A stretch of DNA of 16,595 nucleotides from an uncultured Acidobacteriota bacterium (GCA_963843575.1 CAWJKZ010000007.1:1-16595), one strand, 5' to 3'; counted from the stretch's first letter, positions 8,536-15,967 are shown. Notes: a model not told the origin generated them from the sequence alone. Translations and numbers: made by a program.

Positions 8536-10182
8536 TTATCTCTGGGGGTGCAGCGCGCCGAGTCTCTGCAGCTGCGCGCGAGCCTCGGCAAAACCGGGTC
8601 TGAGCCTCAGGGCCTCCCGCAGCTCCTCGGCGGCTTCCTGCAGCTTCCGCTGGTTGGCCAGCGCGCATCCCAACCCGTAGTGTGCCTCGGCGTCATCCGG
8701 GGTAATCCGCACCGATTCGCGGAAGTGCCTTTCGGCCTCGTCGTTCCTGCCCAACTTCGTCAGCGCGATCGCGAGATACATGTGCGTCGTCGCGTCCTCG
8801 GGTTCCAGCCGCAGCGCCTCGCGGAACTGCGCGGCGGCCAGTTCGGTCTTCCCCTGCTGATCGAACGCCACCCCGAGGTTGCTGCGGGCCAGCGCGAGCG
8901 TCGGCTTCAGCCGGACCGCTTTCTCGAGGCAGGCCATCGCCTCGTCCGTTCTCCTCCGCGTGCCGTGTATCAGGCCGAGCTTGTGCCAGGCCTCCGCGTA
9001 CGAGGGATCTTTCCGGAGCGCTTCCTCGTAGTGGGCGACCGCCTCGTCGGTGTGGTGCTGATGATAGGCCAGGACGCCCAGATAGTAGTGAGTCTCGGCC
9101 GCCTCCGGCCGGCCGGCCAGCATGCTGCGGAGACGCTCGATCGCGTCCTCGGTTTTTTCCTGTCTGAAGAAGAATGTCGCGAAATACCAGAGCGGCAGAC
9201 GGTCGTCGGGCCTGAGCCTCAGACCCTCGCCGAGCTGTGTGAACGCCTCGTCGACCGATGCGGGATCCCCGCCGCGGGCGTCGAGGAGGGTGCGGGCGAG
9301 AAAGTGCCGGGCGTCGGCGTCGTCGGGATCGACCTCCACGGCGCGGCGCGCCGTCCGGAGGGCGGCGGCCGTCTCGCCGAAGCGACTGCGCAGGCCGGCC
9401 TCCCTCAGCAGGCGCGTCGCGGAGCAGGAAAGGGCGACGATCTCGTCGGCCAGCGGATCCTTCACGGGCGGGATGACCGTCAGCCCCGGCGGGGTCAGCG
9501 CACGCCTCTCCTCGGCCGCCTTGTCCGTCACCCCCATGGCATCGTACGCCTCGGCGAGGAGTTGGCGGGGAGGCCGGATCGACGGGTAGTCACGGGTCAG
9601 CGGCAGCAGCAACTCGACCACCCTGTGCCAGTCCTGGCGCCTCGCGGCCACGCGCCCCTGCCCGAAGGCGCCGTGCAGCGGTGAACCTGCCTCCGCAGCG
9701 GCGCTCAGGCCGTACCACCGGTCGGCTTCGTCCAGCCGGTTTTGCTTGAAGCAGGTATCGCCCAGCTTCTGCAGTCCCGGCACGTAATCGGGCTTGAGCC
9801 GGACCGTCGCCTGGAAAAACGCCACCGCCTCCTCGTCGCGCCCGCCCTCCTCGAGCGCCAGACCGTGGCAGAAAGGCCAGCGGTAGTCATCAGGGGCCAG
9901 CCGGGCGGCGATTCGGTAGGCGCTCACCGCCTGTTCGAAAAACTCGTTCGCATGGTAGACCATCCCGAGCCGGCCGGTGGCGTCGGGCGAGCCCGGGTGC
10001 TCCCGCGCCGCGGCGTCCGCTTCCGCAAGCAGGCTGCGGAAGGCCGCGTTACGCTCCCGCGCCTCCGGGCTCTTGGGGAAATCGCCGGCCAGCTTCGGGG
10101 GCAACAGCCGGGACGTGACAATCCAGGTCCCCAGGCCGAGCGCGCAGGCAAGGGCCGCCGCCAGCATTTTGTGTCTACCCAT
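8536..10182 (-). CDS. Tetratricopeptide-repeat protein with an N-terminal signal or anchor
   Basis: Many TPR units (e.g. AETHYYLGVLAYHQHHTDEAVAHYEEALRKDPSYA, AEAHYGLGCALANQRKLQEAAEELREALRLRPGFA). Hydrophobic N-terminus. AGGA RBS. Confidence 0.9.
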   Translation of the reverse strand: MGRHKMLAAALACALGLGTWIVTSRLLPPKLAGDFPKSPEARERNAAFRSLLAEADAAAREHPGSPDATGRLGMVYHANEFFEQAVSAYRIAARLAPDDYRWPFCHGLALEEGGRDEEAVAFFQATVRLKPDYVPGLQKLGDTCFKQNRLDEADRWYGLSAAAEAGSPLHGAFGQGRVAARRQDWHRVVELLLPLTRDYPSIRPPRQLLAEAYDAMGVTDKAAEERRALTPPGLTVIPPVKDPLADEIVALSCSATRLLREAGLRSRFGETAAALRTARRAVEVDPDDADARHFLARTLLDARGGDPASVDEAFTQLGEGLRLRPDDRLPLWYFATFFFRQEKTEDAIERLRSMLAGRPEAAETHYYLGVLAYHQHHTDEAVAHYEEALRKDPSYAEAWHKLGLIHGTRRRTDEAMACLEKAVRLKPTLALARSNLGVAFDQQGKTELAAAQFREALRLEPEDATTHMYLAIALTKLGRNDEAERHFRESVRITPDDAEAHYGLGCALANQRKLQEAAEELREALRLRPGFAEARAQLQRLGALHPQR

Positions 10183-10204
10183 TTCAGTTCATCCTTGCCT
10201 GCAA

Positions 10205-10228
10205 GTGGGTCCGGGCTTCAGCCCGGAC
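10205..10228 (+). repeat. REP-like palindrome (GTGG-led family), intact copy
   Basis: GTGG-GTCCGGGC-TTCA-GCCCGGAC: a tetranucleotide followed by a perfect hairpin. Confidence 0.8.
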
Positions 10229-10286
10229 GCGCTGTTTGCGGTTGCTATGACGCGCGCCCATCGCCGCATAGATCAGATCAAAAGAC

Positions 10287-10470
10287 GTCCGGGCTGAAGA
10301 GGCTGTCCAACGGTTGATTGTGGAGTGCGGCGGCTCGACGCCACCAAAGGCCAAGGTCGCAGGGTCGCATCTCGCAATTCGGCGTGGCGCCGAGGCGCCG
10401 CACTCCAGATTACTTCAGTTCGTCCGGATTGAACGTCAACCGTTGGACAGCCTCTCAAGCCCGGACCCAC
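10287..10470 (-). repeat. Second, inverted copy of the GTGG REP, interrupted by the MITE-like element
   Basis: Joining GTCCGGGCTGAA (10287-10298) to GCCCGGACCCAC (10459-10470) gives the exact reverse complement of 10205-10228. Confidence 0.85.
10299..10454. mobile_element. 156-bp non-autonomous MITE-like element with 19-bp perfect terminal inverted repeats
   Basis: TIRs are GAGGCTGTCCAACGGTTGA (10299-10317) and TCAACCGTTGGACAGCCTC (10436-10454). Flanks are TGAA and TCAA (4-bp duplication, 1 mismatch). Internal 24-bp inverted pair 10321-10344 / 10384-10407 (22/24). A second partial copy lies at 1146-1237. Confidence 0.8.
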
Positions 10471-10597
10471 GCTCGTGGACTGGCCGATTCTACTCCAGTC
10501 CCGGGCAAAGCGGGCCGCGGCGGTTTGACAAATAGCGTAACAATCGTGGGAGTGTTCGTATCTACACTGTAGAGAGAAAGAGAGAGGAGTCGCGCGT

Positions 10598-11053
10598 ATG
10601 AAGAGACGATCGATGATCCTGGCGGTGCTGGCGTGTGCCGTCGTGTTTGCCGGCCAGGCGTTCGCCCAGGGCCCCGGGCGGGGGATGGGTCCGGGCGGTG
10701 GAATGGGGGCCCCCGGCATGATGCTCGGCAATCTGGATTTGACCGACGCCCAGAAGGAACAGGTGAAGACTCTGATGGCCGCATTTCGCACGGCCGTGGA
10801 GCCGTACCGGAGTCAATCCAGGGATCTATCGGAGGAAATGAAGACGGCGACGGCTCACGGAGCTTTTGACGAGGCGCAGGTGCGCGCGATCGCGGAGAAG
10901 CAGGCCAAGGTGAACGTCGAGCTGGCCGTAGCCTCCGAGAAACTGAGGTCGGAAATCTACGCCCTCCTTACCCCGGAACAACGGGCCAAGCTCGAGCAGG
11001 AACAGGCCCGGATGCCAAACGGCATGCGACGGCGCATGCCGCAAGACCGTTAG
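10598..11053 (+). CDS. Spy/CpxP/ZraP-family periplasmic chaperone or envelope-stress protein
   Basis: Signal peptide ending AFA-Q, Gly/Met-rich segment, and two LTXXQ motifs (LDLTDAQKEQ, LLTPEQRAKL). GAGGAG RBS. Confidence 0.92.
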   Translation: MKRRSMILAVLACAVVFAGQAFAQGPGRGMGPGGGMGAPGMMLGNLDLTDAQKEQVKTLMAAFRTAVEPYRSQSRDLSEEMKTATAHGAFDEAQVRAIAEKQAKVNVELAVASEKLRSEIYALLTPEQRAKLEQEQARMPNGMRRRMPQDR

Positions 11054-11111
11054 GGGGGTGCCGTCATACCCCCCGACAGGCGGCTGCGACCCTGGCTTCG
11101 CGGCCGCCTGT
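11053..11111. terminator. Two tandem hairpins between convergent genes
   Basis: GGGGGGTG/TACCCCCC (11053-11074), and a 14-bp stem ACAGGCGGCTGCGA/TCGCGGCCGCCTGT (11076-11111, one G-U pair). Confidence 0.55.
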
Positions 11112-11131
11112 ACTCTTAGCCCTTCCCGAAG

Positions 11132-12142
11132 CTACGGTGCCGCCCCGGCGTCCGACGGGTCGGTCCGGGAGCGCAGCCGCCGGCGCAGTTCCCTGAAGGT
11201 GCCGCTGTCGGGGGCGTGGGGAACCTTCTGCAGGTAGGCGTCGAGCTCGGTGATCGCCTGCTCCAAGCGGTTTTCACGCATCAGCATGTAGGCGAGGTGC
11301 ACGTGGGCCCGAGCCGCCCCGAGGCTGTCGAGCGTCAGCGCCTTGACCAGTGCCGGGCGCGCCTGCTCCGGGCGGTCGAGCAGCGCCAGCGAGATGCCGA
11401 GGAAGAGGTTGCTCGAGGCATTCCTGGGGTCCTGCAGCAGCGCCTTCTCGAATAACGCGACCGCACCCTCGTAGTTTCTTTTCTCGAACTCGCACATGCC
11501 GGCTCCCCGCAGCGCCGGCTCGTATCCGCCGCCCAACTCCAGGGCGCGCGCGAAATCTCTTTCGGCCTCCGGCACCATTTTCAACGCTATCCTCATGTGC
11601 CCGCGTGCGGCCAGCGCCTGGAAATAGGAAGGGAAGAGGCGAATCGCGTCGTCGAAAGCCTCGAGGGCGCCGGCCATCTCCCCCCGTGCCCTCCGCGCCT
11701 CTCCCCGCTCGAATTCCTTGCGGGCCTGCCTGGGCACGCGCTGGGCGGCCTCCGCGACCGTGATCCCCGCTGCGTGCTTCGGCTGCTGCGCGCTGCGGGC
11801 TGACGCGGACCGGAGATAGAGGTTGAACAACACCCGGCTGGAGAGTCCCCGGGTGAGGTCGACCGGTGCGGGATCGGAAACCTGGTCCCGGTCCTCGGGA
11901 TTGCTGGCTGTCAGGTAGTACCTTCCCCTGGGCACCTGGGTGATTTCGAATTGCCCGTTGTCGTCCGTGTAGATCTCCCGGCTGAACCCGTTATTGTTGG
12001 CCAGGGTCACCGGAACGTGCGGGGCGGGCCTCCCCTGCGGCAGGAGCACCGTCCCCCAGACGCCGTACTCCGGGACCTGCGAAAGGGCCTGCAAGACCGC
12101 AAAAAACGCCCAGCCGAGAAAGGAAAGCCAACGACTACGCAC
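11132..12142 (-). CDS. Secreted protein with a carboxypeptidase-regulatory-like domain and C-terminal TPR repeats
   Basis: GTG start and signal peptide. GTVLLPQGRPAPHVPVTL...TDDNGQFEITQVPRGRYYLTAS beta-sandwich, followed by TPR units (GALEAFDDAIRLFPSY, GAVALFEKALLQDP). Confidence 0.87.
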   Translation of the reverse strand: MRSRWLSFLGWAFFAVLQALSQVPEYGVWGTVLLPQGRPAPHVPVTLANNNGFSREIYTDDNGQFEITQVPRGRYYLTASNPEDRDQVSDPAPVDLTRGLSSRVLFNLYLRSASARSAQQPKHAAGITVAEAAQRVPRQARKEFERGEARRARGEMAGALEAFDDAIRLFPSYFQALAARGHMRIALKMVPEAERDFARALELGGGYEPALRGAGMCEFEKRNYEGAVALFEKALLQDPRNASSNLFLGISLALLDRPEQARPALVKALTLDSLGAARAHVHLAYMLMRENRLEQAITELDAYLQKVPHAPDSGTFRELRRRLRSRTDPSDAGAAP

Positions 12143-12219
12143 CTGCCCCCTCCCGCCCCCGGGATCCGGAGGCGCGGCGCTGCGCGGGCAACGGATGTGA
12201 GCCTGCTAGCGTCGACTCC

Positions 12220-13845
12220 CTAAGCGTACCACGTGCGGTCGCGCTGCAGCCCTTTCGAGAGGAGCTTGTAGGCAATGTTCGCGTTCTCGACCACCTGGAA
12301 ATCGAACATGCCGACGCAAGCGAAATCGGCGCCCTGCCCGAATGCGTAGGCGAAGCCTTCTTTCGGGTGGATGGCGCCTGCGGCGAGCACCTTGTAGGCG
12401 ATCCAGGGCTTGGCGACCTTGCGCATGAATTCCGCCGTGCCGGCGGGGTCGATGCACCAGAGGTTGTCGTGGAACTGGTCGTGTGAAGGCTGGTTGGCGC
12501 CGATGATGGAGAACTCGGGGCGGTTTGCCTTCGGGTGGGCCGACCAGTAGTCGTCCGCGTGCAGAGTCTTCATGTAGAAATCAATCGCTACCCCCTCCTG
12601 CTCGCAGCGCATCGGGACCTGCAGGGAATGGCACGCCGTGCCCGCAATCACCCGGTTCTGGCGGATGAATTCGAGCGATTTGACCAGGAGGTCGAAGCGG
12701 TTGTCCTTTACGAACTGATCGGAGATTCCCCCCTGGACGAAGGCACCGATAGCCCCGTTGTCGATCGCCTTCTTCGTGTTGGTCAACAGGTCGTCCGGTT
12801 TCGGGTAGACCTGGGCCAGCCACTGGATCTTGCCGCCTCTTTTCCAGTAGTTGCGCAAGACCCGGATCGTGTCCTCGTCCGTGCGCAGAATCGCGGTGTT
12901 GATGCCGCAGGCCTCGCAGAGACGAAGGGTCTCCATGACCTTCTCGTCGGTGAAGTAGGTCCTCAGCAGCGGCGACACGTAGATCAGGTCGCGCGAGTGC
13001 GCAAAACCGCTCACCAGGTTTCCCCCGACGATGACCCGGCCGATGTCGACGTTGCCGATGCGGCCGCTGGGCATCTGCCCCTGGAGGTCGGTGAGGCTCG
13101 CGAATCGGACCGCCTTCATGCTGGCGGAGGTGACCGCGTGCACCCCCTTGGCGTTGCGCAGCTGCTGCTCCTCGAAGCTGCGCTTCTTGAGCACCGCAAA
13201 GGCGAACGCCCCGAACACCGGCACGGCCGCCAGCGCCTGCAGGAGTTCCCGGCGCTTCAGCATGCCGGAGAACGTTGCGTCGCGGTGGTTGTCCTCGCGG
13301 GCCACGGCGGCATGCGCGACGGGCGCAGGCTGCGGCTCCTCGGCCCCTTTCCGCCGGACGAGGGACAGGAGACTCTCCAGCCCCGGGACGGCTCCTTTCG
13401 GGAGCAGGACGAACAGCAGGAGGACCCCGAGCTCGATCAGGTTCTTGTTGACGATCAGGTAGCTCCCCTCGGCGACGGACGCACCGAACCCGATCAGCGG
13501 CGGCTGGGCTATGTAATAGAGCAGCAGGAGAGCGATCCCCCCGAGCGCGGCCACCCGGGTGCACACGCCGAGAAACAGGCCCAGCCCGATGAGAACCAGC
13601 CCCCACATGTTCAGCAGGTCAACGGTCCTCAGGGCCGCCGCGTTGCGCACGATCGCTTGGAAAAAGCCGGACATGAACCACGAGGATTCGGCGAGGTAGC
13701 CGGCCGACGACCACTGCGGCGTGAACAGCTTCGCCAGCCCCTCGTACAGGAAATGCCAGCCGACGAGAATGCGAATCGCGATGAGCGCACCCGCTGTCGC
13801 CGGCGGGAGAGTGAACGTACCTGTCCCGTCGTCGCTTCTAATCAT
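12220..13845 (-). CDS. DoxX/DoxD-family membrane domain fused through an internal twin-arginine TM segment to a putative aldo/keto-reductase-like TIM-barrel domain, 541 aa
   Basis: ATG at 13845 with GGAGGT RBS (13851-13856). DoxX signature RILVGWHFLYEGLAKL...WSSAGYL...GLVLIGLGLFLG...VNKNLIE. Internal KRRELLQALAAVPVFGAFAFAVLKK. The C-terminal domain (GRIGNVDIGRVIVGGN...GINT...KPWIAYKVLAAG) has an AKR-like pattern; its function is uncertain. Confidence 0.8.
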   Translation of the reverse strand: MIRSDDGTGTFTLPPATAGALIAIRILVGWHFLYEGLAKLFTPQWSSAGYLAESSWFMSGFFQAIVRNAAALRTVDLLNMWGLVLIGLGLFLGVCTRVAALGGIALLLLYYIAQPPLIGFGASVAEGSYLIVNKNLIELGVLLLFVLLPKGAVPGLESLLSLVRRKGAEEPQPAPVAHAAVAREDNHRDATFSGMLKRRELLQALAAVPVFGAFAFAVLKKRSFEEQQLRNAKGVHAVTSASMKAVRFASLTDLQGQMPSGRIGNVDIGRVIVGGNLVSGFAHSRDLIYVSPLLRTYFTDEKVMETLRLCEACGINTAILRTDEDTIRVLRNYWKRGGKIQWLAQVYPKPDDLLTNTKKAIDNGAIGAFVQGGISDQFVKDNRFDLLVKSLEFIRQNRVIAGTACHSLQVPMRCEQEGVAIDFYMKTLHADDYWSAHPKANRPEFSIIGANQPSHDQFHDNLWCIDPAGTAEFMRKVAKPWIAYKVLAAGAIHPKEGFAYAFGQGADFACVGMFDFQVVENANIAYKLLSKGLQRDRTWYA

Positions 13846-13994
13846 GAGGTACCTCCGTAGCCAGATGCACAACTCTCGTTCGAAACCGGCGCAGGTGTCA
13901 ACAGGAAAGCGGGAGGCCAAATCGCAGAAACTTCTTGATCCTCGGACCATCATCCTCTAGAAAGTGGTTTGCACATTTTGGAAAGAGAGGGACC

Positions 13995-14357
13995 ATGAAT
14001 AAGAGGGTTGTACTCGTCCTGCTGTTGTTCGCTTTCGCGGCCGTGTTTGCGCTCGGCCAGGCCCCCACCAAGGTCGGGGCAGATAAATGCAAGATCTGCC
14101 ACAAGGTGGAGTTTGCCTCCTGGGCCAAGACAAAACACGCCGCTGCCACTCCAAAGGTGGAGTGCGAGGACTGCCATGGGGCAGGCTCCAACTTCAAGAC
14201 CATGGCCATCATGAAGGACAAGGCCAAGGCCAAGGCCGCCGGCTTGATTGAACCTACCGAAAAAGACTGTAAGACCTGCCACGACAAGAGGAACGTCAAG
14301 GTCGAAAACCTTGCCGACGCCATGAAGAAAGTCCACGACAAGAAGCCCAAAGCATAG
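13995..14357 (+). CDS. Small periplasmic triheme c-type cytochrome (cytochrome c554-like N-terminus), 120 aa
   Basis: ATG at 13995 with GAGAGG RBS and a Sec signal peptide. Three CxxCH motifs (CKICH, CEDCH, CKTCH). Lys-rich. Confidence 0.92.
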   Translation: MNKRVVLVLLLFAFAAVFALGQAPTKVGADKCKICHKVEFASWAKTKHAAATPKVECEDCHGAGSNFKTMAIMKDKAKAKAAGLIEPTEKDCKTCHDKRNVKVENLADAMKKVHDKKPKA

Positions 14358-14375
14358 CTCCAATTTTCTGATCAG

Positions 14376-14409
14376 CCCCTCCCTCGGGCCCCCCCGCCTG
14401 AGGGAGGGG
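14376..14409 (+). terminator. Hairpin downstream of the cytochrome gene
   Basis: 14-bp stem CCCCTCCCTCGGGC / GCCTGAGGGAGGGG (one G-U pair) with a C6 loop. No U-tract. Confidence 0.5.
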
Positions 14410-14644
14410 ACGGACCAAGGCAACCGCGCTGATTACAGCAACTTGCGCTAATATCAGCGGCTGAAACGAGCCTTAATCGCGATTTTCGCTGCTGTTTTCT
14501 TTGATTAAGCACCCGAATGAGAGTGTGGGTCCAGGTCCGGCCCTCGGCGGCCCGCGCCCTACCTCTGTGCCCGGGCTGCCGACCACGATCGCTTCCGGCT
14601 TATTTTGAAAAAACCGGGTCAAAAAGTGCAAATAAGGGCGGTTT

Positions 14645-14679
14645 TTGACGGATAATCTGACGTAAATATCTAATATAAT
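14645..14679 (+). promoter_or_regulatory. Putative sigma70-type promoter for the gene at 14704
   Basis: TTGACG at 14645-14650, TCTAAT 18 bp later (14669-14674) and an overlapping TATAAT at 14674-14679, all in an AT-rich tract. Confidence 0.45.
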
Positions 14680-14703
14680 GCGATTTGCTCAGGTCCGTCC
14701 CCT

Positions 14704-15867
14704 ATGCGCTGGGTTGTGGTTGCACTGGTGTTGATTGGGGTGGTTGCGGGTGCCGTGCTGTACTTCTGGCCCGCCGGCGCTCCCGCGCCGCCCGATGCGT
14801 CCACCGCGCAACCGACCTTGGGCCAGTTGACCCCTTGCACGGGTCTGGACGACAAGGGCGACCCGGTGGGCGCATCCGCTACCTTCGACGAGGCTGCGGT
14901 CAGAAGCGTCGGGATCATGCTGCACGTCAGGTACTCGGACGCACAACCTGGGAAATCCTCTTTCCAGATCAGGTGGAATTCCGGCAAGCAGCAGCTGATG
15001 TCGCCCCTTTCCCGGTTCGAAAACTCCTCGGGCTACGTCGCGATGAATCTTGGGAAGGGACTGGCAGCGGGAAGCTACCAGGCCGATTTCCTCGTCGACG
15101 GCCAGGTCCGGCAGACGACGACCTTCGCCGTGGTGACCGGTCCTCGCGCTGCTCGACGGGATGCAAAGGAGCCGGGCGGGCCGCGGGTCGCACGAAACGA
15201 CGACGCGTCGGAGCGCGTCGCTCAGCCGGCGCCCGCCGCCCAACCGTCAGCGCTCCCGACCGCGCCTCATCAGCCGGGTTCTCCCCAGCCGTCCAAACCG
15301 GGATGGTCGGTGGAGGTGGCCCCTCAGACGCTGCACTACCAGGCCAAACACTGGCACCGGATCGGCCGCTGCATCGGCCAGCTGACGCTGACTCCCCGCG
15401 CCATTGAGTTCTCCTCGCCAGAGCACGGGTTCGCGTACGACATCAAGCAAGTGCGGTTGCACCAGGACGGTATCGAGGACTCCGAGGGAAAAGCCTGGCG
15501 GTTTGCGCTCCCGGACGCCGACATCACCGCCGTGCTCAGCAGATGGAAGCGCGGGGAGCTCTTCCCGGATTTGGGGGCCGCGGAACAGGAAGCGCCGCCG
15601 GCGGACCCGGCCGGACGGCAGAAGCGCAGCTTCGCGGCGCGCCACAAGCATCGCTTCGGCAGCTGTTCCGGGGAGCTCATCCTCACGCCGGAGGGCATCG
15701 AGTTTCAGTCGGTTCAGCATTCGTTCAAGTGCGAGATCGGACAGGTGCGGGTCGACAACGAGGGCGTGCACGACTGCACCGGGAAATCATGGAACTTCGA
15801 TGTCTCGGGTGAGGACATCGGGGTGTTGCTCTACCTGTGGAAAGCCGGCCGGCTCTTCCCGCAGTGA
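14704..15867 (+). CDS. Hypothetical membrane-anchored protein: N-terminal TM, beta-rich domain, Pro/Ala linker and two tandem ~80-aa repeats
   Basis: 387-aa ORF with a hydrophobic N-terminus, GC3-rich codons and a clear internal duplication (KHWHRIGRCIGQLTLTP...WKRGELFP versus RHKHRFGSCSGELILTP...WKAGRLFP). Confidence 0.82.
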   Translation: MRWVVVALVLIGVVAGAVLYFWPAGAPAPPDASTAQPTLGQLTPCTGLDDKGDPVGASATFDEAAVRSVGIMLHVRYSDAQPGKSSFQIRWNSGKQQLMSPLSRFENSSGYVAMNLGKGLAAGSYQADFLVDGQVRQTTTFAVVTGPRAARRDAKEPGGPRVARNDDASERVAQPAPAAQPSALPTAPHQPGSPQPSKPGWSVEVAPQTLHYQAKHWHRIGRCIGQLTLTPRAIEFSSPEHGFAYDIKQVRLHQDGIEDSEGKAWRFALPDADITAVLSRWKRGELFPDLGAAEQEAPPADPAGRQKRSFAARHKHRFGSCSGELILTPEGIEFQSVQHSFKCEIGQVRVDNEGVHDCTGKSWNFDVSGEDIGVLLYLWKAGRLFPQ

Positions 15868-15967
15868 CCGCGGATCCGCCGCGGCGGAGGAATCAGTAAC
15901 CGCGGGCTGACATATGCCATATAATCCGCCTGCTCGATTTGACAACTCATCTAGAAAGGGACCGTCG

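Noticed and set aside
8518-9684. 388-aa plus-strand ORF
   Set aside because: It is antisense to the well-supported TPR gene, and its repetitiveness only mirrors the TPR units.
10205-10470. CRISPR array or integron attC interpretation of the repeats
   Set aside because: The repeats are inverted and nested rather than regularly spaced direct repeats with unique spacers. No cas or integrase gene is present, and there are no cassette-like RYYYAAC/GTTRRRY boundaries around genes.
12535-13860. 441-aa plus-strand ORF and the 341-aa alternative-frame ORF at 12581-13606
   Set aside because: Both overlap the DoxX fusion and have Arg/Gly/Pro-biased shadow composition with no domain signal.
4793-14703. 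Sigma54 (-24/-12, TGGCAC-N5-TTGC) promoter as a local target for the regulator
   Set aside because: Manual inspection of the upstream regions of the Spy, TPR, DoxX and cytochrome genes found no correctly spaced GG-N10-GC consensus. A PWM scan would be needed to exclude weak sites.
15875-15888. Perfect 14-bp palindrome TCCGCCGCGGCGGA after the 14704-15867 gene
   Set aside because: It is short, almost all G/C, has no loop or U-tract, and is plausible by chance at this GC content.
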